A DNA stretch of 64,000 bases from Rhizomicrobium sp. (GTDB taxonomy: Bacteria > Pseudomonadota > Alphaproteobacteria > Micropepsales > Micropepsaceae). Both the position numbers and the translations under genes were made by a program. A model generated the notes under the pieces. That model was given only the letters and a program-made list of their open reading frames with translations, did no database searches and had not been told where the DNA came from. Below are positions 10,882 through 19,763 of the stretch, one piece after another. Each line of letters opens with the position of its first letter. Within the stretch, counting starts at the first letter, position 1. Location: assembly GCA_035512055.1 (NCBI GenBank), contig DATKEP010000064.1:720-64719 (forward strand), written 5' to 3'.

Positions 10882-11631
10882 ATGCCCAAAACGGCAGCAA
10901 TATTGGCGATCGGGGACGAGATCCTTTCGGGTCGTACCCAGGATACCAACAGCAATACCATCGCGCGGTTCCTGGCCAGCATGGGGATCGACCTGAAAGA
11001 GGTGCGGGTGGTGGGGGATGTGGAGGCGGAAATCGTCCCCGCCCTGAATGCGCTGCGGGATCGGTACGATTTCGTCTTCACCACCGGCGGCATCGGCCCC
11101 ACTCATGACGACATCACCGCTGATGCGGTGGCAAAGGCGTTCGGCCTGGACATCGGCTATCACCCGGAGGCCTATGCCATGCTGGAGGCGCGATATCCGC
11201 CTGGCGAATTCACCGACGCCCGCAAGCGCATGGCGCGCACGCCCCATGGCGCGTCACTGGTGGTCAATACGGTATCCGCCGCGCCGGGATTTCATATCGG
11301 CAATGTCTATGTGCTGGCAGGCGTGCCCAAGGTGATGGCGGCGATGCTGGAAACGATTGCGCTCGAACTGCCGCGCGGCCAGGCCATGACCAGCGTCACG
11401 GTCGAGGCCGACATGCCGGAAGGCAAGATCGCGGCCGGGCTGGCCTCCTTGCAAAAAGATCATCCGGAAATCGCCATCGGCTCCTATCCTTTCTACCGCG
11501 AAGGCGCCGCAAATCCCTTTGGCGCACAACTGGTGATACGGGGGCGCGACGCCGAGGCGGTCGAGCGGGTGGTTGTGGCGCTTGAACGCATGCTGAAGGA
11601 GCTTGGTGCTGCGCCGCGGCGTGTGAATTAG
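10882..11631 (+). CDS. Molybdopterin-binding / CinA-like protein (MoCF domain)
   Basis: IGDEILSGRTQDTN, TTGGIGPTHDDIT, AGVP, IGSYPF. Confidence 0.9.
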   Translation: MPKTAAILAIGDEILSGRTQDTNSNTIARFLASMGIDLKEVRVVGDVEAEIVPALNALRDRYDFVFTTGGIGPTHDDITADAVAKAFGLDIGYHPEAYAMLEARYPPGEFTDARKRMARTPHGASLVVNTVSAAPGFHIGNVYVLAGVPKVMAAMLETIALELPRGQAMTSVTVEADMPEGKIAAGLASLQKDHPEIAIGSYPFYREGAANPFGAQLVIRGRDAEAVERVVVALERMLKELGAAPRRVN

Positions 11632-11691
11632 CTTTTCCGCCGCCGCATGAAATGACAGGCTCTGCTCAACCAAAATGCAGGGGAAAATACC

Positions 11692-12870
11692 ATGGACATC
11701 AAGAAGCGCGATTTTCTGACGGGTGTATCGCTTATCGGCGCCGGCCTTGCCGCGGCCAGCGGCGACGCCCTGGCCCAGGGACGCAGCCCCCAGAATCCTG
11801 ACGGCGGTTATCCGCCCGGCGTTCCCAAGGCCACCGGCCGCAGCATGCTGGACAGTCCGCACTATATCGGCACTGCCAGCAAGGGCTATGGCTTCAAGGC
11901 GAACTGGTCGCGCACATTGCCGATGGTTCCCACCGTCGATCCCAACTACAAGCCGCGCCGCATCAACAAGGCAATCGAGCTATGGGAAGACAACCAGGTC
12001 GTCGCTTATGCGGAATACGGACCTTCCGGTGCACCTGACACCTATGAGGAAGGCAAGCGCATGGCCAAGACCTATTGCGACGCCATCAATTACGAGATGG
12101 AGAATGACTCCTTCAACTTCGATGGCCTGCGCAACTTCATGCAGGGTTTGGTCGATGGCGGTCCCACGCCGTCCGGCCACCGCACGCCGATGGTGTTCGT
12201 CACCCTGCCGGCATGGGGCTTCGACGGTCCTTCGATGCGCGCCAATGTCTGGCAAATCCATCAGTCGCTGGCTGCGGGCGCCCATGGTTGCCTGATCTGC
12301 GAAATGGAATCGCCGGAGGCGGCCGAGATCGCCATCGCGGGCGGGCGTTACAAGTGGACCTGGCCGGGGGTGGAGGAGCTTCCGATTGAAGGCGTGCGGG
12401 GCGCAGGCAGCCAGGCTTTCGCGGCTCACATCTGGGGCCTTAGCCAGGATGAATATCTCCGTGTCGCCGATACCTGGCCGCACAATCCCAAGGGCGAGAT
12501 CACCATGGGCTTCAAGCTCGAGAACCGCCGCTCAGCCATGGCGGCCGAGCAGCTGATGGCGGTGAAAGGCCTGGCCTTTGCCGAACCCGGTCCCAGCGAC
12601 AATGGCTGGTCCCACCTGCAATGGGATGCGATCCGGGGAGACTTGACGCGGGAACAGCGCGCTGGCCTGCCGGCCTCCAAGCGCTTGGAGGAAGACCTGG
12701 AACGCATTCGGCTCGCGGCCAAGGCGAACAACATCAAATGGCTGGGCAATGGCCCGCCTGGCGCCAATCCCCAGCAGGAGATCGACCAGGGAAGGCGCAT
12801 GGGGCCGGCTGGTACCGAGGATCGGGTGCAGGCTGACCGGCTCTATACCAAGCGGAAAATGCCGTACTGA
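11692..12870 (+). CDS. Exported HpcH/HpaI aldolase/citrate lyase-fold protein (divergent)
   Basis: Tat-like leader MDIKKRDFL...ALA; DAINYEMEN, FKLEN, AFAEPGPSD match HpcH-type positions. Confidence 0.6.
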   Translation: MDIKKRDFLTGVSLIGAGLAAASGDALAQGRSPQNPDGGYPPGVPKATGRSMLDSPHYIGTASKGYGFKANWSRTLPMVPTVDPNYKPRRINKAIELWEDNQVVAYAEYGPSGAPDTYEEGKRMAKTYCDAINYEMENDSFNFDGLRNFMQGLVDGGPTPSGHRTPMVFVTLPAWGFDGPSMRANVWQIHQSLAAGAHGCLICEMESPEAAEIAIAGGRYKWTWPGVEELPIEGVRGAGSQAFAAHIWGLSQDEYLRVADTWPHNPKGEITMGFKLENRRSAMAAEQLMAVKGLAFAEPGPSDNGWSHLQWDAIRGDLTREQRAGLPASKRLEEDLERIRLAAKANNIKWLGNGPPGANPQQEIDQGRRMGPAGTEDRVQADRLYTKRKMPY

Positions 12871-12877
12871 TCTTGGT

Positions 12878-12959
12878 TGTCATTCCCGCGCACGCGGGAA
12901 TCTAACTTCGTCCTGAGTGCGATAGCTGAAGTTGGATGCCCGCGTTCGCGGGTATGACA
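12878..12959. repeat. REP-like palindromic element, copy 2
   Basis: tgtcattcccgcgcacgcgggaatct...tggatgcccgcgttcgcgggtatgaca, with internal aacttc/gaagtt inverted repeat. Confidence 0.85.
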
Positions 12960-12967
12960 AGAAGGGC

Positions 12968-13837
12968 CTATTCCAACTTCAGCGCCTTCGCCGCCGTCGT
13001 GAACGCCGTCTGTGCGTCCTTGTTGGTGGCGAAGGTTTTGCGCGCCGTGTCCAGCGCTTCCTTCGCCTTCTGGTTTTCACCCAGCACGGTATAGGCGCGC
13101 ATCAGCCTCACCCAGCCCAGCGCATCGTTGGGATCGGTCTTCAAACGCGCCGCCAGCATCTCGACCATGGCGCGGGGATTGGGCGCGCTGCCCGGCGTTT
13201 GTGATGTCAGCATGGCGATGCGGTCCACCAGGATCTGATGCAGCGGCGCGGTCGCGGGTACGTCAGCGAGCAGGTCCTGCCACAAGGCAAGCGCGCCGGC
13301 GCGGTCGTGGCGAGCTGCCTTCGCCATTCCCAGATAGAAGCGTGCGGGCCCGTTCTTGGGATCGGCCTTCAGAGCGGCGTTGAAGGCGTCTTCGGCTTCA
13401 GGCGGCACCTGGCCGCCACCGTCAGCCACCAGCACTTCGCCAAAGGCCGCGTCCAGCCCCGCATCGCCCTTGCCGGTCAGCGCGATCACTTTCGCCAGCG
13501 CCTTGGCGGCATCGCGCGGATCGCCCGCCGCCATATAGGCCTGGCCCAGATAGCGCCAGGCGCGCGCATCTTCGGGATGGGCGCGCACGCGGTCGATCAG
13601 GTAAGGCACCAGGCCGTTGATCTCGCGGATGTTGAGACCTTGCGCCGACCTTTCGGCCAGATGCGGCCGGCCCACCAGAAAATAGGTGCCGCCGCCGACG
13701 GCCAGCATGAACAGTGTAATGGCGCCCAGCATCAGCGCGCGGCCCTTCTTTTGGGTCATGCGCCACAGCGGCACAGTGGCGAAAGCGACCGCGAGCAATG
13801 CGATCACGACAAAACCGATCACAGGAACCAGGCTCAC
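12968..13837 (-). CDS. CycH/CcmI-like TPR protein (c-type cytochrome biogenesis factor family)
   Basis: Two N-terminal TM segments, TPR repeats (ARAWRYLGQAYM), C-terminal LAARLKTDPNDALGWVRLMRAY. Confidence 0.8.
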   Translation of the reverse strand: MSLVPVIGFVVIALLAVAFATVPLWRMTQKKGRALMLGAITLFMLAVGGGTYFLVGRPHLAERSAQGLNIREINGLVPYLIDRVRAHPEDARAWRYLGQAYMAAGDPRDAAKALAKVIALTGKGDAGLDAAFGEVLVADGGGQVPPEAEDAFNAALKADPKNGPARFYLGMAKAARHDRAGALALWQDLLADVPATAPLHQILVDRIAMLTSQTPGSAPNPRAMVEMLAARLKTDPNDALGWVRLMRAYTVLGENQKAKEALDTARKTFATNKDAQTAFTTAAKALKLE

Positions 13838-14586
13838 GACTTTTTCCCCTGGCTTTTGGGGCCTCTATATTTGTTGCGCACCAGGGCCACGATCATGCCG
13901 CGGATGGTGCGCACTTCCTGATCGCTCAGGCGGGAACGCATTATCATGGCGCGGATGTTGCGCACCATGGTTTCGCGCTTGGCGGGGGGAAACAGGAACT
14001 CGGCCGCGTCCAGCTCCTTTTCCAGATGCTCGAACAGGCCGCTCAATTCCTCGCGCGTGGCGGGCACCGCTACGGAGGGTCTTGTGCGCAAGGCAGGCGT
14101 GGTGTCGCCCGATTTGAGCCACTCATAGCCCAACAGCAGCACCGCCTGACCCAGATTCAGCGACCAGAAATCGGCGGTCGGGATGGTGATCACGGCGTCG
14201 CACAGGCTCATTTCGTCATTGTCGAGGCCGGCGCGTTCGCCCCCGAACAGGATGGCGGTGCGCACGCCGGTCTGGCATGCCGCGCGCAAACGCCGTGCAC
14301 CCGCTTCGGGGGTATGGATTTCCTTCACCACGTCACGGCCGCGCGCCGTGGTTGCCAGCACCAGCTGATAGGGGGCTAATGCTTCGGCCGCCGTAGGATA
14401 AATCTTTGCGGCCTCCAATATGTCGCCCGAGCCCGAGGCCAGCATCTGGGCCTTGTCATTGGGCCATTCCATCTTTGGCGCGATCAGGACCAGCTCCTTC
14501 ATCCCAAAATTCTTCATCGCCCGGGCGGCGGCGCCCACATTTTCGCCCATCTGGGCTTTCGACAGGATGACGGCAGGTGGGGTCAT
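13834..14586 (-). CDS. SPOUT RNA methyltransferase, TrmJ/LasT family
   Basis: [37 protein letters not shown]. Confidence 0.92.
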   Translation of the reverse strand: MTPPAVILSKAQMGENVGAAARAMKNFGMKELVLIAPKMEWPNDKAQMLASGSGDILEAAKIYPTAAEALAPYQLVLATTARGRDVVKEIHTPEAGARRLRAACQTGVRTAILFGGERAGLDNDEMSLCDAVITIPTADFWSLNLGQAVLLLGYEWLKSGDTTPALRTRPSVAVPATREELSGLFEHLEKELDAAEFLFPPAKRETMVRNIRAMIMRSRLSDQEVRTIRGMIVALVRNKYRGPKSQGKKS

Positions 14587-14668
14587 TTGGCGCTTTGACG
14601 GGCCGGTTTTTGTCAGTAACTTCTCGCCCCGCTATATCCCCTCCAGCCCCATTTTTCGAGGAAATCCG

Positions 14669-15880
14669 ATGGACAAGATCAAGGTTGCCAACCCCGTCGT
14701 CGAGCTGGACGGCGACGAGATGACGCGCATCATCTGGGACCTGATCAAGAAGAAGCTGGTCCTGCCCCATCTGGACATCGACCTTCATTATTATGACCTG
14801 GCCATCCAGAACCGTGACGCGACCGAAGACAAGGTCACGGTCCAGGCCGCCGAGGCGATCAAGAAATATGGCGTGGGCGTGAAATGCGCCACCATCACCC
14901 CCGACGAGGCGCGGGTCGAGGAATTCCACCTCAAAAAGATGTGGAAGTCGCCCAACGGCACCATCCGCAACATCCTGGGCGGCGTGATCTTCCGCGAGCC
15001 CATCATCTGCAAGAACGTACCCCGCCTGGTGCCGGGCTGGACCCAGCCCATCGTGGTCGGCCGCCATGCCTTTGGCGACCAGTACAAGGCGACGGACTTC
15101 GTCTTTCCGGGCAAAGGGGTGCTCTCGATCAAGTTCGTGGGCGAAGATGGCAAGGTGATCGAGCACGAAGTGTTCAAGGCGCCGGGCGGCGGCGTGGCCA
15201 TGGCGATGTACAATCTTGATGAGTCCATCAGGGAATTCGCCCGCGCCTCGATGAACTATGCGCTGGCCCGCAAGTATCCGCTCTATCTTTCCACCAAGAA
15301 TACCATCCTCAAGGCCTATGACGGCCGCTTCAAGGACCTGTTCCAGGAGATTTTCGACGCGGAATTCGCCGACAAATACAAGGCCGCCGGCATCACCTAT
15401 GAGCACCGGCTGATCGACGACATGGTGGCCTCGGCGCTCAAATGGAGCGGCGGCTATGTCTGGGCGTGCAAGAACTACGACGGCGACGTGCAGTCCGACA
15501 CGGTGGCGCAGGGCTTTGGCTCATTGGGCCTGATGACCTCGGTGCTGTTTACGCCCGATGGCAAGACGGTGGAAGCCGAAGCAGCCCATGGCACGGTGAC
15601 GCGCCACTACCGCGAATATCAGAAGGGCAAGTCCACCTCGACCAATTCCATCGCCTCGATCTTTGCCTGGACGCGCGGACTGACCCATCGCGCCAAGCTG
15701 GACGGCAACGACAAGCTGGCCAGGTTCTCATCCACCATGGAGAAGGTCTGCGTGGATACAGTCGAACAGGGCTACATGACCAAGGATCTGGCGCTGCTGG
15801 TTGGTCCGGACCAGAAATGGCTGACCACCGAGGGCTTTCTCGACAAGGTCGACGAAAATCTGCAAAGGGCTATGTCGTAG
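14669..15880 (+). CDS. icd: NADP-dependent isocitrate dehydrogenase
   Basis: [48 protein letters not shown]; start at ATG 14669. Confidence 0.98.
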   Translation: MDKIKVANPVVELDGDEMTRIIWDLIKKKLVLPHLDIDLHYYDLAIQNRDATEDKVTVQAAEAIKKYGVGVKCATITPDEARVEEFHLKKMWKSPNGTIRNILGGVIFREPIICKNVPRLVPGWTQPIVVGRHAFGDQYKATDFVFPGKGVLSIKFVGEDGKVIEHEVFKAPGGGVAMAMYNLDESIREFARASMNYALARKYPLYLSTKNTILKAYDGRFKDLFQEIFDAEFADKYKAAGITYEHRLIDDMVASALKWSGGYVWACKNYDGDVQSDTVAQGFGSLGLMTSVLFTPDGKTVEAEAAHGTVTRHYREYQKGKSTSTNSIASIFAWTRGLTHRAKLDGNDKLARFSSTMEKVCVDTVEQGYMTKDLALLVGPDQKWLTTEGFLDKVDENLQRAMS

Positions 15881-15899
15881 CGCCGATCTTGCGCGTAGT

Positions 15900-15978
15900 A
15901 TTTTGCGATCTCAGCAGAAGGCCGCGCGGGGCGTGCCTAGCGTACGTAAGCACGGCCGACGCACTGAGAGCGCAATAG
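15900..15978. repeat. Single copy of the three-stem module also found twice in 10611-10878
   Basis: ATTTTGCGA-tctcag-CAGAAG-gccgcgc-GGGG-cgtgc..gtacg-taa-gcacggc-CGACG-ca-ctgaga; same anchor motifs as 10651-10723. Confidence 0.7.
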
Positions 15979-15992
15979 ACAAGCGCCTCTAG

Positions 15993-16727
15993 TTATTCCG
16001 CCGCGTCGCGGTTCGCCTTCTTTTGCGCATACATCGCCTGGTCGGCGCGCGCCATCGCGCCGTCGGGATTGTCGCCCGCCTTCAGTTCGAAGGCGCCATA
16101 GGCAAAGCTGACGGGAATGCTGTTGCCATTCCACTGAGTGGGCGAGGCTTCCACCGCGGCCGCCAGCTGGTCGGCTTTCTTCAGCGCCTGTGCCTGGTTG
16201 GCGTGGGAAAGCAGCACGCCGAACTCATCGCCGCCCAGCCGGCCGACACAATCGCTCTCGCGAACATGGTTCTGAAGCACGTCGGCGAAATGGGCCAACA
16301 CCGCATCCCCCGCCGCATGCCCGTAGGTATCGTTGGTCTTTTTCAGGTGATTGAGGTCGAAATAGATCAGCGAGGCCGGCGTCTTGTAGCGGCCGGTGAA
16401 GGAGATATAGCGCGTCAGCTCGCGCACAAAGGCACGCCGGTTGAGCAGCGGCAGCAGACTGTCCTGGTCGGCGGCTTTTTCCACCTCGTCCAGCCGGGCC
16501 TTGGTTTCCGACAACTCGCGGCGCAGATCTTCCACTTCGTTCATCAGCCCGATGATGGCGTTGCGCACCTTGGGCGTGAATTCGGATTCCGGAATGCCCA
16601 GCACGCTGGCCGAGGTCTGTGCGGCATCCACGCCGTCCGGGCCGGCCGTGGCTTCGATCCGGCGTGCATAAGCGGTCTGGGCCACCGAGCGGACAGGCCG
16701 GGAGGAGCTGTTGCGTTCGACTTTCAT
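15993..16727 (-). CDS. Diguanylate cyclase (coiled coil + GGDEF)
   Basis: DSLLPLLNRR, NDTYGHAAGD, RESD I-site five residues before GGDEF. Confidence 0.95.
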   Translation of the reverse strand: MKVERNSSSRPVRSVAQTAYARRIEATAGPDGVDAAQTSASVLGIPESEFTPKVRNAIIGLMNEVEDLRRELSETKARLDEVEKAADQDSLLPLLNRRAFVRELTRYISFTGRYKTPASLIYFDLNHLKKTNDTYGHAAGDAVLAHFADVLQNHVRESDCVGRLGGDEFGVLLSHANQAQALKKADQLAAAVEASPTQWNGNSIPVSFAYGAFELKAGDNPDGAMARADQAMYAQKKANRDAAE

Positions 16728-16800
16728 TGCGAATCCGCCATTCTGGCTGGGTTAATGGGTAACGGCCGGCGTTTAAGGTTGCGTTTAATCTTCCCAAAGA

Positions 16801-16808
16801 ATGGTTAA
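16801..16808 (-). promoter_or_regulatory. CtrA-associated TTAACCAT motif upstream of the GGDEF gene
   Basis: atggttaa on + strand; further TTAA half-sites at 16752 and 16773/16785. Confidence 0.5.
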
Positions 16809-16890
16809 TGAGAACTAAAACGGCACTTTCCTTGGATGTTTTGCTCCGTATACTGCGCCGCTTCGCTGGGACCCCCCGTTCAAGGGCCGC

Positions 16891-17391
16891 ATGGCAAAAC
16901 GAAGCAAAATCCTGAAGCCCACCGTTGGCATCATCATGGGCAGCCAGTCCGACTGGGCGACCATGCATATGGCTGCCCAAATGCTCGAGGCCCTGGGCGT
17001 GGCGCACGAGACCCGAATCGTTTCGGCCCACCGCACGCCGGACCGCATGGCGGCCTACGCCAAGGGGGCCCAGGCGCGGGGCCTCAAGGTGATCATCGCC
17101 GGCGCAGGCGGAGCCGCGCACCTGCCGGGCATGGTAGCCAGCATGACGACCTTGCCGGTGCTGGGCGTGCCCGTGGAAAGCCGGGCCCTGAAGGGACTGG
17201 ATTCGTTGCTCTCCATCGCCCAAATGCCGGGTGGCGTGCCGGTGGCGACTTTTGCAATCGGCGAGGCTGGCGCCAAGAACGCAGCCCTGCATGCTGCTGC
17301 CATCCTGGGCCTTTCCGATGCGTCCGTGAAAAAGCGCCTGGATGCCTGGCGCGCCCGCCAGACGAAATCGGTCGCCCAACGGCCGAAATGA
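16891..17391 (+). CDS. purE: N5-CAIR mutase
   Basis: [37 protein letters not shown]. Confidence 0.98.
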   Translation: MAKRSKILKPTVGIIMGSQSDWATMHMAAQMLEALGVAHETRIVSAHRTPDRMAAYAKGAQARGLKVIIAGAGGAAHLPGMVASMTTLPVLGVPVESRALKGLDSLLSIAQMPGGVPVATFAIGEAGAKNAALHAAAILGLSDASVKKRLDAWRARQTKSVAQRPK

Positions 17392-17401
17392 AACCGCCAA
17401 G

Positions 17402-18487
17402 ATGAAGATGTTGGACAGGCCCGTTCCGCCGGGCGGCACAATCGGCATTATTGGCGGGGGCCAGCTGGGGCGCATGCTGGCGCTGGCGGCGGCGCGGCTG
17501 GGGCTCAAGACTGCGATCTACAATGACGCGGCCGATGCGCCGGCCTTCCAGGTGACCGAGACTGCCGTCGCCGCACCTTACGAGGATTTGGACGCGCTGG
17601 CTCGCTTCGCCGACGCCTGCGATGCAGTGACATTCGAGTTTGAAAATCTTCCCGCCCATGCCATTGCCCATCTGGCAGGGCATGTGCCGGTGCGCCCGGG
17701 CGCCCATGCGCTGGCGGTGACGCAGGACCGGCTGTCGGAAAAGACATTTGTCGAAAAACTTGGGCTGAAGACCGCGCCATTTTTCGAAGTGTCGTCGGTA
17801 TCGCAGGCGAAGGAGGCGTTCGACAGGCTGGCCGGGCGGGGCATCTTGAAGACGCGGCGCTTTGGCTATGATGGCAAGGGCCAGGCAAATGTCATCAGTG
17901 GCGCCGGGGCGGTGAAGGCTTTTGAAAGCTTCAAGGGTGCACCCGCCATTCTCGAGGGCTTTGTGGATTTTTCCTATGAAGCGTCCGTCGTTGGTGCGCG
18001 GGGCGCCGATGGTGCCTTTGCGGCCTATGACCCGCCGGAGAACGAGCACGAACACCATATCCTGCGCCGCTCCACCGCCCCGTCGCGGCTAAGCGCTGCC
18101 CAGGTGGAAGAAGCCAAGACGATTGCAAAAAAGATCGCCGATGCGCTCGACTATGTCGGCGTGCTGGCGGTGGAACTGTTCGTGGGCCGCGACGGCGCTT
18201 TGCTGGTCAACGAAATCGCGCCGCGCGTTCACAATAGCGGCCATTGGACCATCGAGGCCTGCCAGTGCTCCCAGTTCGAACAGCATATCCGCGCGGTGGC
18301 GGGCTGGCCCTTGGGCGATCCCCGCCGCCATGCCGACGCCGTGATGGAAAACATCATCGGTGCCGAGGCCGATGCCTGGGAAAGCCTTGCCAAAGGCGGC
18401 GCTTTGCATCTTTACGGCAAGAAAGAGGCGCGGCCCGGCCGCAAGATGGGTCATTTGACCCGGCTAAAGCCGTTGACGAAGCCCTGA
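17402..18487 (+). CDS. purK: N5-CAIR synthetase (ATP-grasp)
   Basis: IGGGQLGRM, TFEFEN, GYDGKGQ, NEIAPRVHNSGH, RKMGH; start at ATG 17402. Confidence 0.97.
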   Translation: MKMLDRPVPPGGTIGIIGGGQLGRMLALAAARLGLKTAIYNDAADAPAFQVTETAVAAPYEDLDALARFADACDAVTFEFENLPAHAIAHLAGHVPVRPGAHALAVTQDRLSEKTFVEKLGLKTAPFFEVSSVSQAKEAFDRLAGRGILKTRRFGYDGKGQANVISGAGAVKAFESFKGAPAILEGFVDFSYEASVVGARGADGAFAAYDPPENEHEHHILRRSTAPSRLSAAQVEEAKTIAKKIADALDYVGVLAVELFVGRDGALLVNEIAPRVHNSGHWTIEACQCSQFEQHIRAVAGWPLGDPRRHADAVMENIIGAEADAWESLAKGGALHLYGKKEARPGRKMGHLTRLKPLTKP

Positions 18488-18508
18488 GCGATCCGTAGGT
18501 TCCGGCCC

Positions 18509-18592
18509 ATGACGACGACCGCGACCAAGACGGCCACCAAGACCAAGGCGCCCAAGACCATGGGCCGGGCCTGGACCGTCGCGCGCGCTTAG
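18509..18592 (+). CDS. Thr/Lys-rich attenuator leader peptide (27 aa) of asd
   Basis: MTTTATKTATKTKAPKTMGRAWTVARA: 9 Thr, 4 Lys, 2 Met; followed by antiterminator/terminator pair. Confidence 0.85.
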   Translation: MTTTATKTATKTKAPKTMGRAWTVARA

Positions 18593-18652
18593 GCAAAAGC
18601 GAAACCGACCAAGACCAGGCCCCGCCGGAACCCGGACGGGGCTTTTTCTTTT
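18567..18652 (+). terminator. Attenuator terminator and overlapping antiterminator upstream of asd
   Basis: Terminator gccccg-ccgg/ccgg-a-cggggc + tttttctttt (18619-18652); gggcctgg (18567-18574) is the exact complement of ccaggccc (18615-18622), which overlaps the terminator 5' arm. Confidence 0.85.
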
Positions 18653-18703
18653 CCGCGGCGGTGGCGAGAGCCAGAACCGCAAAAAAATAAACGGAGTTGT
18701 GCG

Positions 18704-19708
18704 ATGAGGAATAGGAACGTTGCGATAGTCGGCGCTACCGGCGCCGTAGGCCGCGAATTTGTCGGCTGTATCGAGGCGCGCGGGCTGCCGCTCAATTCGC
18801 TCAAGCTGCTGGCGTCGGCCCGGTCGGCCGGCAGGACGCAGCGCTTTCGCGGCCTGGAACTGACGGTCGAGGAATTGACCGAAGACGCTTTCAAGGACGT
18901 GGATATCGCGCTGTTTTCGGCTGGAAGCAGTATTTCGAAGGCTTTCGCGCCGGCGGCGGTAAAGGCGGGCGTTGTGGTGGTAGACAATTCATCGGCTTTC
19001 CGCGCCGATCCTGCAGTTCCCCTGGTCGTGCCTGAGATCAACGCCCGGCGCATCAAGGACCATAAGGGCATCATCGCCAATCCCAATTGCGCGGCGATCA
19101 CCACACTGGTGCCGCTCTGGCCGGTGCATCAGGTCAATCGTGTCAAGCGCCTGATCGTCTCAACCTATCAGGCAGCCTCGGGCGGCGGTGCCGCGCTTAT
19201 GGAGGAGCTTGAGCTATCCACGCGCGCTTATCTCGACGGCAAATCCTATCCGCCCAAGGTGGTGAAATACCCTTACGCCTTCAATCTCTTCAGCCACAAC
19301 ACGGCCATCGATATGAATACCGGCTATAACGACGAAGAGAGCAAGGTAATCAAGGAGACGAAGAAGATCTTCGAGGATGACTCCATCGCCGTGTCTGCCA
19401 CTTGCATCCGCGTGCCTGTGCTGCGCGCCCATTCCGTCTCGATGACGTTCGAGTGCGAGCGGCCGATCACACCGGAAGAGGTGAAGACGCTATTGACCAG
19501 GGCGCCAGGCGTGAAGCTGGTCGATGACTGGGCCGACAATTATTTTCCCATGCCCAAGGACGCCTCCGGCCAGGGCGACGTGCTGGCGGGCCGCATCCGC
19601 AAGGACCTGTCGGATGCTACAGGCAAGTCGATCAGCATGTTCGTGGCGGCGGATCAGCTTTTGAAGGGTGCGGCGCTAAATGCTGTGCAGATCGCTGAGC
19701 TCTTATAG
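18704..19708 (+). CDS. asd: Aspartate-semialdehyde dehydrogenase
   Basis: VGATGAVG, VDNSSAFR, IIANPNC, STYQAASG, TCIRVPV, DQLLKGAALNAVQIAE. Confidence 0.96.
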   Translation: MRNRNVAIVGATGAVGREFVGCIEARGLPLNSLKLLASARSAGRTQRFRGLELTVEELTEDAFKDVDIALFSAGSSISKAFAPAAVKAGVVVVDNSSAFRADPAVPLVVPEINARRIKDHKGIIANPNCAAITTLVPLWPVHQVNRVKRLIVSTYQAASGGGAALMEELELSTRAYLDGKSYPPKVVKYPYAFNLFSHNTAIDMNTGYNDEESKVIKETKKIFEDDSIAVSATCIRVPVLRAHSVSMTFECERPITPEEVKTLLTRAPGVKLVDDWADNYFPMPKDASGQGDVLAGRIRKDLSDATGKSISMFVAADQLLKGAALNAVQIAELL

Positions 19709-19715
19709 ATTGTTT

Positions 19716-19760
19716 TCATGCCCGCGATTGATTGGCATTCCCGCATGCGCGGGCATGACA
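19716..19760. repeat. REP-like palindromic element, shortened copy 3
   Basis: tcatgcccgcg...ttcccgcatgcgcgggcatgaca. Confidence 0.7.
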
Positions 19761-19763
19761 ATT

